From: an uncultured Chlamydiae bacterium
GTDB taxonomy: Bacteria; Chlamydiota; Chlamydiia; Chlamydiales; JAJFMA01
Length of the DNA: 64,000 bases
Assembly: GCA_963713615.1 (NCBI GenBank)
Contig: CAVQMM010000001.1
Location: forward strand, 1,952,001 to 2,016,000
Direction of reading: 5' to 3'
The position numbers were made by a program, and so were the translations under genes. The notes under the pieces were generated by a model. It was not told the origin of the DNA, did no database searches, and worked only from the letters and a program-made list of their open reading frames with translations. Of the stretch, positions 38,688 through 49,476 are shown piece by piece (position 1 is the stretch's first letter; the number at the start of each line of letters is the position of its first letter).

Positions 38688-38737
38688 CAGGCGCAAAGTC
38701 CAAAGACGTTGCGCCAACACATAAGATAGGTGCAATC

Positions 38738-41065
38738 ATGGACAACACGCCACCAGTAAGCGATAGGACTCCGCACGTATCCTCGCCCAGCCGGCTTCCT
38801 GGTTCTCCAGACCCGCTAAGGCGCCCACGCATCATTCCTCCCCCGTCCACAGAGGCTGTCATGCTGCTAAATCCCAAGCCGGGTGGTTCATCGCCAAATT
38901 CCAATAGGCTGCCCGCAGCAATGGCCTTGAACACAAATCAAATGGATAACGTTCCTCTGCCCGGTCCAAGACAGCCTCCACCAAGACCTTCGATTACGCC
39001 GCCTAACAAATCACCACAACCTAATTCACCCTCTATAGCCCCTTCTCCAGTGAAAAGTTGGCCTACTATAGTACCCGATATAAAACATCGTTTCCCATCC
39101 CTAGCATCAACTCCCCCCCATCGCCAACCTCCCGCTCCATCACACTTTGTGCCGACCCTTCCCATCGCTATAAAGCGTTCAGATGATGGCAACAGCATAG
39201 CTCTCTTAGAACCCAAAAAAAACAATCTTTCCCCTTCGATGATACCCAAGCTAGACTTTGCACCCTCAAATGATGAACAGAACACCAATATTGTCTCTTC
39301 TCGCAAAAGATCCTTTTCAGGCGGTGTTTCAGCATTGTTGAGTCCACGAGGTAAAGGTCTCGACAAGGTCAAGGCCGATCTTAAAAAGGCCTTCACCGAA
39401 AAACTAGCCAGCGGAATAAGTATCTCGAGTATGCGTGCCCATTATTGGATCTATGAGTGGCTATGTGGAGTACAGACGGACTCGGAAGATGCGTTGTCGC
39501 TCAGTTCTATCAGTGACAAAGATCGCAGTATTCTCATTGACACTTACACCAAGTCCTTTAGCACCGCAGGCGGCGGTCCACAAAAACTCATGATGGCCAT
39601 TCGAAGTCGTTTAGAGGTGCTCATCAAAGAGACAGCCGCATTCAAACAACCCTCACTTGATGAAGATTCACACGCATGGCTGGATGAAGTCCTCATCGCT
39701 TTGAATCGACTTTCTGCTGACTATAGTGAGATTAATAGTTTTCTCCATTGGTGCCAGGAATACAGTGCAACTGCGACTAAGAAAGCGATGATTCTAGAGG
39801 CTGTTGGGGGTCAAGAGATCCTTGATCTGCTAAAAAAAATACAAAGCAATCCTCGCCATTTTATCAAAAATAAAATAACGAGCTACCTAGCAGAGGATAA
39901 AAGCATTGAAAAAACAATCAGCAAGCTCTGTTTAGAGCCATTAGCCTGGAATTCCAATTCTCTGCACTTGTTGGATGATATGGATCTCGAACAGAGCCTT
40001 AGAGGCGTCTGCACAAATAGTGCCGTGGTATTCGATTCCTGGCATATCGTAGATGTTGATTGTCATCGCATCCCTATTGTCCAGCCTAATGGCACCTCAC
40101 AGCCAATACGTCAACCCTTAGATTATGGAATCGCTGACCAGTTTCAAGGTCAAGGGGTTGTTATTCGCGATCTTATCACTAACCTGAAACAAGGGGGGTA
40201 TTGTCCTAGTAGAGAGTTGGACAGCGCTATTCTCCAAATTTTGGATGAATCGCTATCTTCCGTCCCTAAACGGGTTGGACTATTGCCCTCAGATTGCACC
40301 TTTAATACATCTCAACCAGGCCCTCCCTCCGTGAAGCTCTTGGGACCTGGCATTTTTGAAGTAAGAGCTGCGGAAAAAATAGAGATTCAACATGCGTCTG
40401 GTAATGACAAAGCTAAGCCCGATGCCACACAGCTTCTACAGTGGACTATCCTCTATGATCAAAATACGAACCAATTCACCCCTAATCTCGAGAAAACCAT
40501 TAAATTTGAAGACTCAGTACCCGAAGAAGACCGGGCAATACTCGAATTTCAAGCGTCCCAAAATAAAGGGCATGTAGCTCATGCCATTGCTAGGGCACTT
40601 CAAAAGGCAAGTGAGCATCAACCTATCCCCATCAGTATAGAAGCCAATGTGCAGCGCATACTGAAACACAAAATGGCCGGATGTTCGCGTGTGATTTGTG
40701 CCTTATCAAACGGGGGTTTTGGTCCGGGCGGTGTGATGCATGCGCAAGTAATGAATGTTCCTAAAAAATACAAGTTGCAAGCGCTTCAAGGCCGATCCAA
40801 CATTGTACGAATTCTGTCTGCAGAAGCTTTCGAAGTGACCGCTCATCGAAAGGCGGGGATCTTTTTTAAATGCTCTGATGGCACGGATCTTTTAGCCGCC
40901 AGACAAAAAATCAAGTGGCAGCTCACTTGCAATGAAAAGGATGAAACCCTCTCTGGGCTGCTGTTCTTAGACTTAACCTTCGAACCTTGGGTGCCCCAAG
41001 AAGAGCGTGAAAAAATCTTGCAAAAGTGGCAGGAAGGTCTCAACAAATTCCATAATGTAAGATAG
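38738..41065 (+). CDS. Hypothetical protein with a Pro/Ser-rich disordered N-terminus (effector candidate)
   Basis: 775-aa open frame. The first 200 or so residues are dense in PxxP, SP and TP motifs. No domain recognised. Confidence 0.7.
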   Translation: MDNTPPVSDRTPHVSSPSRLPGSPDPLRRPRIIPPPSTEAVMLLNPKPGGSSPNSNRLPAAMALNTNQMDNVPLPGPRQPPPRPSITPPNKSPQPNSPSIAPSPVKSWPTIVPDIKHRFPSLASTPPHRQPPAPSHFVPTLPIAIKRSDDGNSIALLEPKKNNLSPSMIPKLDFAPSNDEQNTNIVSSRKRSFSGGVSALLSPRGKGLDKVKADLKKAFTEKLASGISISSMRAHYWIYEWLCGVQTDSEDALSLSSISDKDRSILIDTYTKSFSTAGGGPQKLMMAIRSRLEVLIKETAAFKQPSLDEDSHAWLDEVLIALNRLSADYSEINSFLHWCQEYSATATKKAMILEAVGGQEILDLLKKIQSNPRHFIKNKITSYLAEDKSIEKTISKLCLEPLAWNSNSLHLLDDMDLEQSLRGVCTNSAVVFDSWHIVDVDCHRIPIVQPNGTSQPIRQPLDYGIADQFQGQGVVIRDLITNLKQGGYCPSRELDSAILQILDESLSSVPKRVGLLPSDCTFNTSQPGPPSVKLLGPGIFEVRAAEKIEIQHASGNDKAKPDATQLLQWTILYDQNTNQFTPNLEKTIKFEDSVPEEDRAILEFQASQNKGHVAHAIARALQKASEHQPIPISIEANVQRILKHKMAGCSRVICALSNGGFGPGGVMHAQVMNVPKKYKLQALQGRSNIVRILSAEAFEVTAHRKAGIFFKCSDGTDLLAARQKIKWQLTCNEKDETLSGLLFLDLTFEPWVPQEEREKILQKWQEGLNKFHNVR

Positions 41066-41115
41066 TTGCTCATCTGTTATAGTTGTGCTTCCAACAAGCT
41101 ATAAGGATGCCCTCT

Positions 41116-42618
41116 ATGACCACACAAACACGGACAGCAATCTCTCCTACTCGCCGCGAAGATTATCCTGAATGGTATCAGCAGGTCTGTAAAGCCGCTG
41201 ACCTCGCAGAGAACTCTCCTGTGCGCGGCTGCATGGTCATCAAACCCTGGGGTTATGGCATCTGGGAAAACTGTCAACGCTATCTCGATGACCGCATCAA
41301 AGAGACCGGCCACGTAAACGCTTACTTCCCGCTTTTTATCCCACTTAGCTTTCTGGAAAAAGAAGCCACCCACGTCGAAGGTTTCGCCAAAGAATGTGCT
41401 GTCGTCACACACCATCGTCTGGAGGAAAAAGATGGCAAGCTAGTCCCTACAGGCGAACTAGAAGAGCCTCTCATCGTACGCCCCACCTCAGAAACGATCA
41501 TCGGCCACTCTTTTGCCAAGTGGGTGGAGTCTTATCGCGACCTACCCCTGCTGATCAACCAGTGGGCCAATGTGGTACGTTGGGAGCTACGTCCACGCAT
41601 CTTCCTGCGTACAACAGAATTTCTGTGGCAAGAAGGACATACTGTTCACGCTACCGCTGAAGAAGCTATCGAAGAAACCCTGACAATGATTGAAGTCTAT
41701 CGAGAATTCATCGAAAACGTGCTCGCTATCCCAGTCATTGTAGGTGAAAAATCTCCTGGAGAGCGTTTCCCAGGCGCTGATAGTACATACACTTGTGAAG
41801 CGATGATGCAGGACTACAAAGCTCTCCAAGCTGTGACCTCGCATTACCTTGGCCAAAACTTTTCTAAAGCCTCCGAAATCCGCTTCACAGATGAGCAAGG
41901 GCAACTTCAATATGGCTACACAACATCCTGGGGATCCACCACGCGGCTAGTGGGAGCGCTCATTATGACGCATGGTGACGACGATGGCCTACGCCTTCCT
42001 CCACGCATTGCACCCCAGCAGGTTGTCATCCTTCCGGTTATTCCTAAGCCGGAGGCTGCCGAAAAAGTCATGGCCTACTGTGAACGCCTGAAGGCAGAGC
42101 TACAGTCGCAAACATTTCACGGACTACGTGTCCGCGTCATCATCGATAAACGCGATCTGCGCGGTGGCGAGAAGAATTGGGAATGGATCAAAAAGGGCAT
42201 TCCCTTGCGTCTAGAAGTCGGACCGCGCGATGTCGACAACAATTGCGCCATGTTGTGTCGCCGCGACAAGCCACACAAGGACAAAGAAAGTCTTCCATTA
42301 GAGGGTGCGGGCCAACGTGTGACGGCTATTTTGGAAGAAATCCAAGCGAATTTGTACAAAGAAGCCACAGCCTACCGCGATGCTCATATCCGTGATGACT
42401 TGTCATCCCTTGAGGAGCTCAAAACCTTCTTTGCTGAGGGTAGCGAAGGTGGTTTTGTACTAGCTAAGTGGTGTGGAGAGGCTGAAACGGAAAAGCTCCT
42501 CGATGACCTCAAGGTAACGATCCGTTGCATTCCCATTAAGCAACGCGGCACCACTGGACGCTGCATCTTCACCGGCAAGGAAGCCACCACGGATATCATT
42601 CTGGCGAAGGCGTACTAG
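41116..42618 (+). CDS. proS: Proline--tRNA ligase, archaeal/eukaryote-like type
   Basis: RPTSET, QWANVVRWE, EFLWQEGHT and TTSWG, with C-terminal IRCIP...AKAY and no insertion editing domain. AAGGA RBS before ATG 41116. Confidence 0.97.
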   Translation: MTTQTRTAISPTRREDYPEWYQQVCKAADLAENSPVRGCMVIKPWGYGIWENCQRYLDDRIKETGHVNAYFPLFIPLSFLEKEATHVEGFAKECAVVTHHRLEEKDGKLVPTGELEEPLIVRPTSETIIGHSFAKWVESYRDLPLLINQWANVVRWELRPRIFLRTTEFLWQEGHTVHATAEEAIEETLTMIEVYREFIENVLAIPVIVGEKSPGERFPGADSTYTCEAMMQDYKALQAVTSHYLGQNFSKASEIRFTDEQGQLQYGYTTSWGSTTRLVGALIMTHGDDDGLRLPPRIAPQQVVILPVIPKPEAAEKVMAYCERLKAELQSQTFHGLRVRVIIDKRDLRGGEKNWEWIKKGIPLRLEVGPRDVDNNCAMLCRRDKPHKDKESLPLEGAGQRVTAILEEIQANLYKEATAYRDAHIRDDLSSLEELKTFFAEGSEGGFVLAKWCGEAETEKLLDDLKVTIRCIPIKQRGTTGRCIFTGKEATTDIILAKAY

Positions 42619-42639
42619 GCTTGTGGTACACACATTATC

Positions 42640-42716
42640 GAATGACACGCGCGAAGCGCCCTGGAGTGCGGTGACAAGCCACCGCACTCCAGGGCTCCAG
42701 GGCGCGCGTGTCATTT
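42640..42716. repeat. REP-like hairpin
   Basis: AATGACACGCGCG..GCCCTGGAGTGCGGTG-ACAAGC-CACCGCACTCCAGGGC..CGCGCGTGTCATT. The GGAGTGCGGT core is shared with the 752-bp element. Confidence 0.75.
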
Positions 42717-42890
42717 AAAAACGTGTGCATCAAAAATGTTTTTATACCTGTAGAGCAAAGCTTACTGCCCCACAGAATTAGCCATTTGCTGCATTGCGCC
42801 TAAATGCCCAATAATTAAGGCCTGTAGCTACAATGAGGTCTTAATTTTGTCAAAGCGTAAGAAATAGTCTACACTTTGCTGAATGAAAGA

Positions 42891-43211
42891 TTAACGAACG
42901 AAGAGCCAGTTACGCTGAATCTCTGAACGCTCTTTGTAAGCGCGACGTATTTTGCTGATATCGCTACCAGCCTGAGCTTTAGCTTCAAACTCGGCCATCT
43001 GACGCTGCAGCTCTTCCCAATCTTTCTCGGAAAAATTTTCTTTGTCGTTGAGGCATTTTTCGATTTGCTCGGGAGTGACTTCAAGCTGTTCAAAAACTTC
43101 AGCTGTCTCGCGGTCTAATTCAGCGATCTTAGCTTGAAGCTCTTTAAATTTTTTCTCGTTGATCTCAATCTTTTTTTCGAGATCATCCTTACCAAACAAA
43201 TCACGAAGCAT
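42891..43211 (-). CDS. Hypothetical coiled-coil protein
   Basis: 106-aa E/K-rich heptad sequence ending in WLFVR. Confidence 0.7.
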   Translation of the reverse strand: MLRDLFGKDDLEKKIEINEKKFKELQAKIAELDRETAEVFEQLEVTPEQIEKCLNDKENFSEKDWEELQRQMAEFEAKAQAGSDISKIRRAYKERSEIQRNWLFVR

Positions 43212-43320
43212 GGAAATACCTTGCTCTACAATTAAAATTCCCTTTTATTATAAAACGATCTCCAATAAAATTCAAGTCAAATTTCAAGTAGTTTGTTTAC
43301 GAAAGACATCGGAGGTCCCT

Positions 43321-43902
43321 TTGATCCTATTATCTTTAACTTCCGCCCTTCTGGGATGGTTGGTTATCACGCTAGCAGTAACACTGATTTTTAAACCCCG
43401 TCAGCCTCTTAAGCTAGGACCTTGGATTCTACAGGGAATTCTTCCACGCTACAGACCCGAACTTCTCGCCTTTGTCAGCGAGTTGGCCTCTAATGAACTC
43501 ATCTCCCCGACAACCATCATCGAAAAAGTTCAACAAGTGAACATCCAGGATGACGTTTCTACGATGCTCGCCAGTCGCATCGATATCGTATTAAACAAAT
43601 TCGCTCAGAAAAACCCTATGATCGGCATGTTTGTTAATGATTCCCTTAAGGCAGAGATAAAAGGACTTGTCGTAGCGGAGATTGTTAGCGAACTGCCAGC
43701 CTTACAAGGTACCCTAGCTCAAAAAATGGTGGGGCAATTTGACATCAAGGCTTTACTGCAAGAAAAGCTCAGCAAGCTAGATTTTACTCATCTTGAAGGG
43801 CAGATTGAGATAGCAGTCCGCAAGAACGTATGTCCCCTTCAATGCGGCGCGGCAGCAGTGGGCTTTCTATTCGGATTGCTACAATGGGCGTTGATAGGCT
43901 AA
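43321..43902 (+). CDS. DUF445 family membrane protein
   Basis: GW....A...IFKPRQP and QGILPR, with a C-terminal GAAVGFLFGLLQ. GGAGG RBS before TTG 43321. Confidence 0.75.
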   Translation: MILLSLTSALLGWLVITLAVTLIFKPRQPLKLGPWILQGILPRYRPELLAFVSELASNELISPTTIIEKVQQVNIQDDVSTMLASRIDIVLNKFAQKNPMIGMFVNDSLKAEIKGLVVAEIVSELPALQGTLAQKMVGQFDIKALLQEKLSKLDFTHLEGQIEIAVRKNVCPLQCGAAAVGFLFGLLQWALIG

Positions 43903-43940
43903 AGCGTAAATGGACAGCATGGACACACGATGGACCTCAT

Positions 43941-44692
43941 GAGGTAATTGCAAAATTATTTGAGCCCTTGAGAATCGATTCTCGGGAAAAAAGGTTACCT
44001 TTTTTTGTGAGAAGGCGATTCTAGAGAGCTTAAGTGGTATGGCACTATCCAGTCTGGAAAGACAGGCTTTTCTCCCTTCCCAGGCCCGAAGGGTCGATAT
44101 TGCAACAGGCCATGGCATCGCCATGGTATATGCCAGGAAGGGATTTCGCAGTCTGAAGGACTGCTACAAGACGCCAGTTTACAAACACCATCTATGCATG
44201 CGCTTTATGGCAGCCCTACAGGCTGCTAAAACCGTTTTGGCATATACCATGGCGATGCCACATAGGCCTCAACCTAACAGGTCTTTTGAGCTTATATCTC
44301 AATGACTTAGGACTTCACAATCGTATCTCGGCGCGCAGCGCTTTGGAGTGCGGTCGCTTGCGACCGCTTTTCGTTCCTTGGGACGGCAATGCTAAACGGC
44401 ATTGTATGGATTCGTCGAAGGCTGTATGTACTAACTATTTTACCCTTAGGGAATTATAGTGATGCCGTTGCACACGACCGTCGCAAGGAACCCAAAGCGG
44501 TCGCAAGCGACCGCACTCCAAAGCGCTGCGCGCCGAGATACGATTGTTAGGCTTAGGTTGAGGCCTATGTGGCGATGCCATGGCCTGTTGCAATATCGAC
44601 CCTTCGGGCCTGGGAAGGGAATGACTCTCTCTTCACCGGCATCCGATTTTCAGGAAATTGACTTCGGAGAATCGGACTTCTGCAATTACCTC
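43941..44692. mobile_element. Intact 752-bp non-coding MITE-like composite palindromic element
   Basis: Perfect 12-bp terminal inverted repeats GAGGTAATTGCA / TGCAATTACCTC enclose several nested inverted repeats. A second copy lies at 4780-7834. Confidence 0.88.
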
Positions 44693-44723
44693 ATCGTGTC
44701 CATTTTTGTCCACCCCGTCCATG

Positions 44724-47678
44724 TCACCTTTGGGCTTCGCGTGTGTCACCACGAAGAAGCAATCCACGCGGCTCGTATTTTAGGTCGCCGCGCAGTTCTT
44801 TGATGCTCTTGATCATCACATACTCGAGGAATTTATCCTGCTCCGAGATGCCCTTTAGGATTACCGCTAGCCTCTTTCGATTATTTGGCGAAAGCACCTG
44901 CTTGCTTTCGTCCACAAACTGTGTGTAGGAAAGCGCATGCATCGCTGTGATACGCTTCTTCATCCAGTCAAAATCGCCATCATAATCTGTGGATAAAACA
45001 CCCAAAATCTGCCCCATACGCTTGAGGTTTTGGGCAGGCTTCTCCAGCTTCCTAAGATAGGCTTCTTTAATACTATCAAATTGCGCTTCCGTTAGTTCAT
45101 CGGTCCCAACATTGCGCACGAAATTCTCCAAAAACAGCTCAAAGCGCGCTAGAAGATCGCGACCGTCGTGTGTGTCCGATTCAACCCCAAAAAAGAGAAA
45201 CAGCCTGCGTTCCAGTTCCTGGTCCCAGTTGCCTACGGCATAGCCTGTCTGTTGCTGCGTGCGTAGTGTATCAAAGAATGAGGCCGACAGGCCCTCAGAA
45301 AGAATATTTTGGATGGCTTGGGTCGTCGCCGAATAGGGAGGATTTTGAATCGCTAGGATCACAGCATTGCCAGAGGTTTTGGACCTCTGTATTACATAAT
45401 AAGGGGTGCCTTTAACCACCAAATCCGCTATCTCGTCCAGTTTATGCTCAGCCAATGGATAGGGACGTCCACCCAATCCGTTGCGGATGATCGTACCCAT
45501 ATGGAGGGCCTCATCTTCGGTGAGGTTGCCGTAAAAAATTCCCTGAACGTATTGCTTGTCCCACAACTTGGCGATGTAGTCCAAAAGGTCTTGGGCCGTC
45601 ATTCGTTGAATAGCCTGAGCTTTGTCTCTATGGGTCGAGAAGTCCTTATGCAGGACAGAAGAAAGGGCCTCTGAAGCTTGAGTTAGGGGAGCTTCCTTGC
45701 TAAAGTTTCGATAATCTTCCGACAAAGATTCCTTATATTTGGCAAACTCCTGTGGTGTCGGGTGTAGGGTTTTAAGCCTTGTCACAACGTCTTGAAGCAG
45801 CTGAGCAGCGTGTTCACTGAAGCCACTGATCTCAATCGCCAAAGCATAGCGCTTGGTATCTATTTGGCAATCTAATCCACCCATCAATGCCTGATAGAGC
45901 AACGCATTGAGATTCTCCTGCAACGCTTTAACATACAAATCGGCTAGGACGGCCTTCTTGGCATCACCATCATCGATCTGTGGCGTCAACAAGTTCATAT
46001 AAACATATGTCTGAGGAACCTGATAGTATTCATCACGGGCATAATAAAGATGCCCTGTTTCGTCGTCCAAAAGCGTTTTGACATCTGGCTGTGCCGTAGC
46101 ATCCTTGCGAACAGACCCAATGAGCTGCAGATTCTGCGGCATAAAAGGGTTTTTTGGGGGGATACTCAGCTTGGCATTAACCTCGAGATTTTTCCATTTT
46201 GCAAGTGTTTCCGGTGAGATAGGCCGTGTAGCAAATTTCGTGCCTGCCCATTTTTCAACTTGATTCAAGTCGGTATCGAGATAGGCTGCCGGAGCGCGAA
46301 TGGTAATATGCGCATTTTGTGGCGACAGCGCATCCAAAAATGCGGCGATCGCCTTAGGATCGTACTTTTCGATTAGAAAACTCTGCTCTGGAAAAGTTGC
46401 CATATCCTCGTCAGCTAAAGCATCGGCCAGCTGAGTGACATAAGTGAACGCATCTTGACGCTCTTGGTATTGATAGGCCAACAAAGCCTTGCGCTGGTCT
46501 TCGTCGAATAGATAACGAACCGCTCCTTTAGCTTTAAAATTGTCTATTGCCTGAAAGATCCGCTCCAATACCAGATCAACATCCTTGAGGCCCTTCTTGG
46601 TCAGCTCCACCTGCAGGTAGGCTAAAAAGTTGTCATCATTGCTGGAATCTGCTCCACAATAGAGGTTTTCAGCATACCCCTCTTCCTTTAACTCAGCCAA
46701 AAGGCTTCCAGCCCCTTCATGACCCAACACAAAACAGATCATTTCTTCAGGCTTACGGTCACGCATAGAGGTAAACTCTGAAGGAAGCTCCCAACGCAAT
46801 GTTACCGTTCTGGCATCCTTCAATGACTCAATCAAACTCATTGTACCACGCATAGCACTGCCATACATAGGCAGATGGAAATGGGAGCGTTGGAGATTTC
46901 TATTGGGAATATTGCGAAAATCTTCCACAACAGTCTTACGAAGAGTATCCAAGTCCATGGATGAATAAACAATCAAACGCATGAGATTGGCGCTGTAATG
47001 CTCATAATACCATTTGAGCAGCACATCCCTAGATACCGGCGTTAGAGTGTCTTTGTTACCCACAGTAAAGCGAGAATTGGGATGCTTAGGGTTATTAAGC
47101 GATTGGATCACAAGCATCGTACGCCCTTCATCAGTCCGTGCAAGGCGCGAAAATTCTTGATCGATGGCCATGACTTCGCGTCCAATTCCAGCCGGATTGA
47201 AGAGTGGCTGAGTGAAAAAATCGGAAAATCGGTCGAGTGCCTGCGGAAAGGCGTCTGAGTTTACGGAAAATTCGTAGACCGTGTGATCCACAGAAGTACT
47301 AGCATTGGTCAGGCCGCCGTGCTGCCCAATAAAACGGTCAAAAGCTGACTCTTCTGGGTATTTCTTAGTACCCAAAAAGCTGGTATGTTCTACAAAGTGC
47401 GCCATCCCAGGATAGGCGTCGGGATCTTGCCAGCTACCTACCATCACAACCATCGCTGCCGCTGACTTCTCCGCCTGAGGGTCAGAGATCAGGTAAGCCT
47501 CCAATCCATTGGAAAGACGGATTTTGTCTGTTTTACGCTGCGAAAGCGCCGGATTGAGAATGGGTGTCGTCGTCCGATCAGGAATCTGCACAAAATCCGA
47601 CTCGGCCATCAAACAGGTCGTCAATGCAACCAAAGGCAGCATCATCCAAAACAGCAGCTTATTAATTGGTGCGAGCAT
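44724..47678 (-). CDS. ptr: Insulinase-family (M16A) protease, exported
   Basis: Signal peptide, HFVEH (HxxEH), LGTKKYP, NAST and FFDTLRTQQQTGY. Confidence 0.92.
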   Translation of the reverse strand: MLAPINKLLFWMMLPLVALTTCLMAESDFVQIPDRTTTPILNPALSQRKTDKIRLSNGLEAYLISDPQAEKSAAAMVVMVGSWQDPDAYPGMAHFVEHTSFLGTKKYPEESAFDRFIGQHGGLTNASTSVDHTVYEFSVNSDAFPQALDRFSDFFTQPLFNPAGIGREVMAIDQEFSRLARTDEGRTMLVIQSLNNPKHPNSRFTVGNKDTLTPVSRDVLLKWYYEHYSANLMRLIVYSSMDLDTLRKTVVEDFRNIPNRNLQRSHFHLPMYGSAMRGTMSLIESLKDARTVTLRWELPSEFTSMRDRKPEEMICFVLGHEGAGSLLAELKEEGYAENLYCGADSSNDDNFLAYLQVELTKKGLKDVDLVLERIFQAIDNFKAKGAVRYLFDEDQRKALLAYQYQERQDAFTYVTQLADALADEDMATFPEQSFLIEKYDPKAIAAFLDALSPQNAHITIRAPAAYLDTDLNQVEKWAGTKFATRPISPETLAKWKNLEVNAKLSIPPKNPFMPQNLQLIGSVRKDATAQPDVKTLLDDETGHLYYARDEYYQVPQTYVYMNLLTPQIDDGDAKKAVLADLYVKALQENLNALLYQALMGGLDCQIDTKRYALAIEISGFSEHAAQLLQDVVTRLKTLHPTPQEFAKYKESLSEDYRNFSKEAPLTQASEALSSVLHKDFSTHRDKAQAIQRMTAQDLLDYIAKLWDKQYVQGIFYGNLTEDEALHMGTIIRNGLGGRPYPLAEHKLDEIADLVVKGTPYYVIQRSKTSGNAVILAIQNPPYSATTQAIQNILSEGLSASFFDTLRTQQQTGYAVGNWDQELERRLFLFFGVESDTHDGRDLLARFELFLENFVRNVGTDELTEAQFDSIKEAYLRKLEKPAQNLKRMGQILGVLSTDYDGDFDWMKKRITAMHALSYTQFVDESKQVLSPNNRKRLAVILKGISEQDKFLEYVMIKSIKELRGDLKYEPRGLLLRGDTREAQR

Positions 47679-48894
47679 GACTCCCTCTCGATGTGGATTG
47701 TCTTTTTGATGGTTTGGTGGTGAGGATGCCCTTAAGAGTCAAACAGACACGTTTAACATCGTCCTCAGTTAGGGTGACATACAGAGGCAGAGACAATGCC
47801 TGACTGTAAAACGTCTCCATACCAGGGAAATATTCCGCCAAGTTTCCGCTGATTTTCTGAAAGAAGGGATGACTATAAATCGGAATGTAGTGTACCTGTG
47901 AGCCAATTCCCTGCTCTTTAAGGCGCCTCATCACTTCCGCCCGCGTGATACCACAAGCCTCGAAGTCGATGCGAACAACCGCGAGGTGCGGCGACACACC
48001 AGGCTGAGAAAGGGAAGGGAGCAATGTAGCCGGTGAATCAGAACCTAGATACTCCTGGTACCAGGAAATCACTTTACGTCGGTGCGCAATGAAGCTGTTG
48101 ATCCTATGAAGCTGCGATAGCCCCAAAGCCGCCTGAAAGTCCGTAAAGTTGTAGTTACCGGCCATGTTAGTGACTTCATAATACCAAGGTCCTGGATTCT
48201 CTGAGAGCCTTTCCGGGTCCTTTTCGATGCCATTGTTTCGATAAGCGCGAAGACGATGATCTAATGCAGCATCGTTCGTGGTTACAAGCCCTCCTTCCCC
48301 GGTGGTAATCAGCTTCGCAGGGTGAAAGCTAAAGACTGTCATATTGCTCCATGCACATGACCCCACACGGTGGCCCTGTTCATATTCGGAACCTAAAGCT
48401 GCAGCCCCATCTTCGATGATCATGGCTTTGGGTTCTCGAATCATCGCATTCATACGGCGAATATCGACAGGGATACCAGCATAATGAACAGGCATCAGAA
48501 TATTACGACCACGCGTGAGACACTCGTCTAGGGTAGCTTTGAGGTGTTGTAGGTCGAGGTTTCCTGTGGTGGGATCGATATCGATAAAAACCGGAATGCC
48601 TCCACAAGAGGTTCCAGAAATAGTTGTGGCAGCAAAAGAATTCGGAGTGGTCAAGAACCGGTCTCCAGCAGATACCTCAGCAGCAAAGCAAGCAGCTCTA
48701 AGAGCCGTCGAGCCACTATTGAAGGATACAGCATAGCGAACATCGCAATAGGAGGCTACGGCCTCTTCAAACTCAGCTACCAAAGGTCCCCGGGTGATAT
48801 GTTCAGCCCTCAGGGCATTGCTCACAGCGGCAATGTCGTCCTCGGTGATTGACTGCTTAGCATATGGCAAAAAAGACATAAGATTTTGATCCAT
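47662..48894 (-). CDS. DegT/DnrJ/EryC1 sugar aminotransferase (PseC-like)
   Basis: LPYAKQSI, PVHYAG, FSFHPAKLITTGEGG and QVHYIP. Confidence 0.9.
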   Translation of the reverse strand: MDQNLMSFLPYAKQSITEDDIAAVSNALRAEHITRGPLVAEFEEAVASYCDVRYAVSFNSGSTALRAACFAAEVSAGDRFLTTPNSFAATTISGTSCGGIPVFIDIDPTTGNLDLQHLKATLDECLTRGRNILMPVHYAGIPVDIRRMNAMIREPKAMIIEDGAAALGSEYEQGHRVGSCAWSNMTVFSFHPAKLITTGEGGLVTTNDAALDHRLRAYRNNGIEKDPERLSENPGPWYYEVTNMAGNYNFTDFQAALGLSQLHRINSFIAHRRKVISWYQEYLGSDSPATLLPSLSQPGVSPHLAVVRIDFEACGITRAEVMRRLKEQGIGSQVHYIPIYSHPFFQKISGNLAEYFPGMETFYSQALSLPLYVTLTEDDVKRVCLTLKGILTTKPSKRQSTSRGSHARTN

Positions 48895-48949
48895 CGTAGA
48901 GATGTTACTAAATGGCTAATAATATCTCTTCTGTCCAAAAAAGAGAAGG

Positions 48950-49385
48950 GGGAGGGGGCAGGGGAGGGGAAGAGGAGTTAGGAATTTTTACCGCCGAGGC
49001 GCCGAGACACCGAGATAGGAGAGAGAGGGGGAGAATGTCGCGTTTGTGGGCCTTAGACAAAATGCCGTCTAAGGAGTCTGTAGGGTTGGCCTTCGATAAA
49101 ATCTTAGACAGCATTTTGTCTAGGGCCCACAAACGCGACAGGTGCTCAATCTAACTTTTTTGTTAAATTGAGGACCGGTCGCGTTACTGGTGTGTACGAA
49201 ATATTGTCTGAGGTACGTCAAGGACCATATTCTCTCACAAAGCCCTCAGACAAGAATTCGGATATACCAGTAACGCGACATTCTCTCCTTCCTAATCCTC
49301 TCTCTCCTATCTCGGTGTCTTGGCGCCTCGGCGGTAAAAATTCTTAACTCCTCTTTCCTCCTTCCTCTCCCCCCTCTTTCTCTCT
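48950..49385. repeat. Nested palindromic element, same family as 29165-29660
   Basis: Outer arms GAGTTA(G/A)GAATTTTTACCGCCGAGGCGCC..GACACCGAGATAGGAGAGAG. Shares the central linker GTGCTCAATCTAACTTTTTTG..GAGGACC. Confidence 0.85.
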
Positions 49386-49476
49386 GCCCGCTCTCTTCCT
49401 TTGCCAGGAAATGGAGCATCCTGTTAATCTCGCAGCCAACCTTATGAAAGATCTGTAGTACCATCAAAAACACGTT

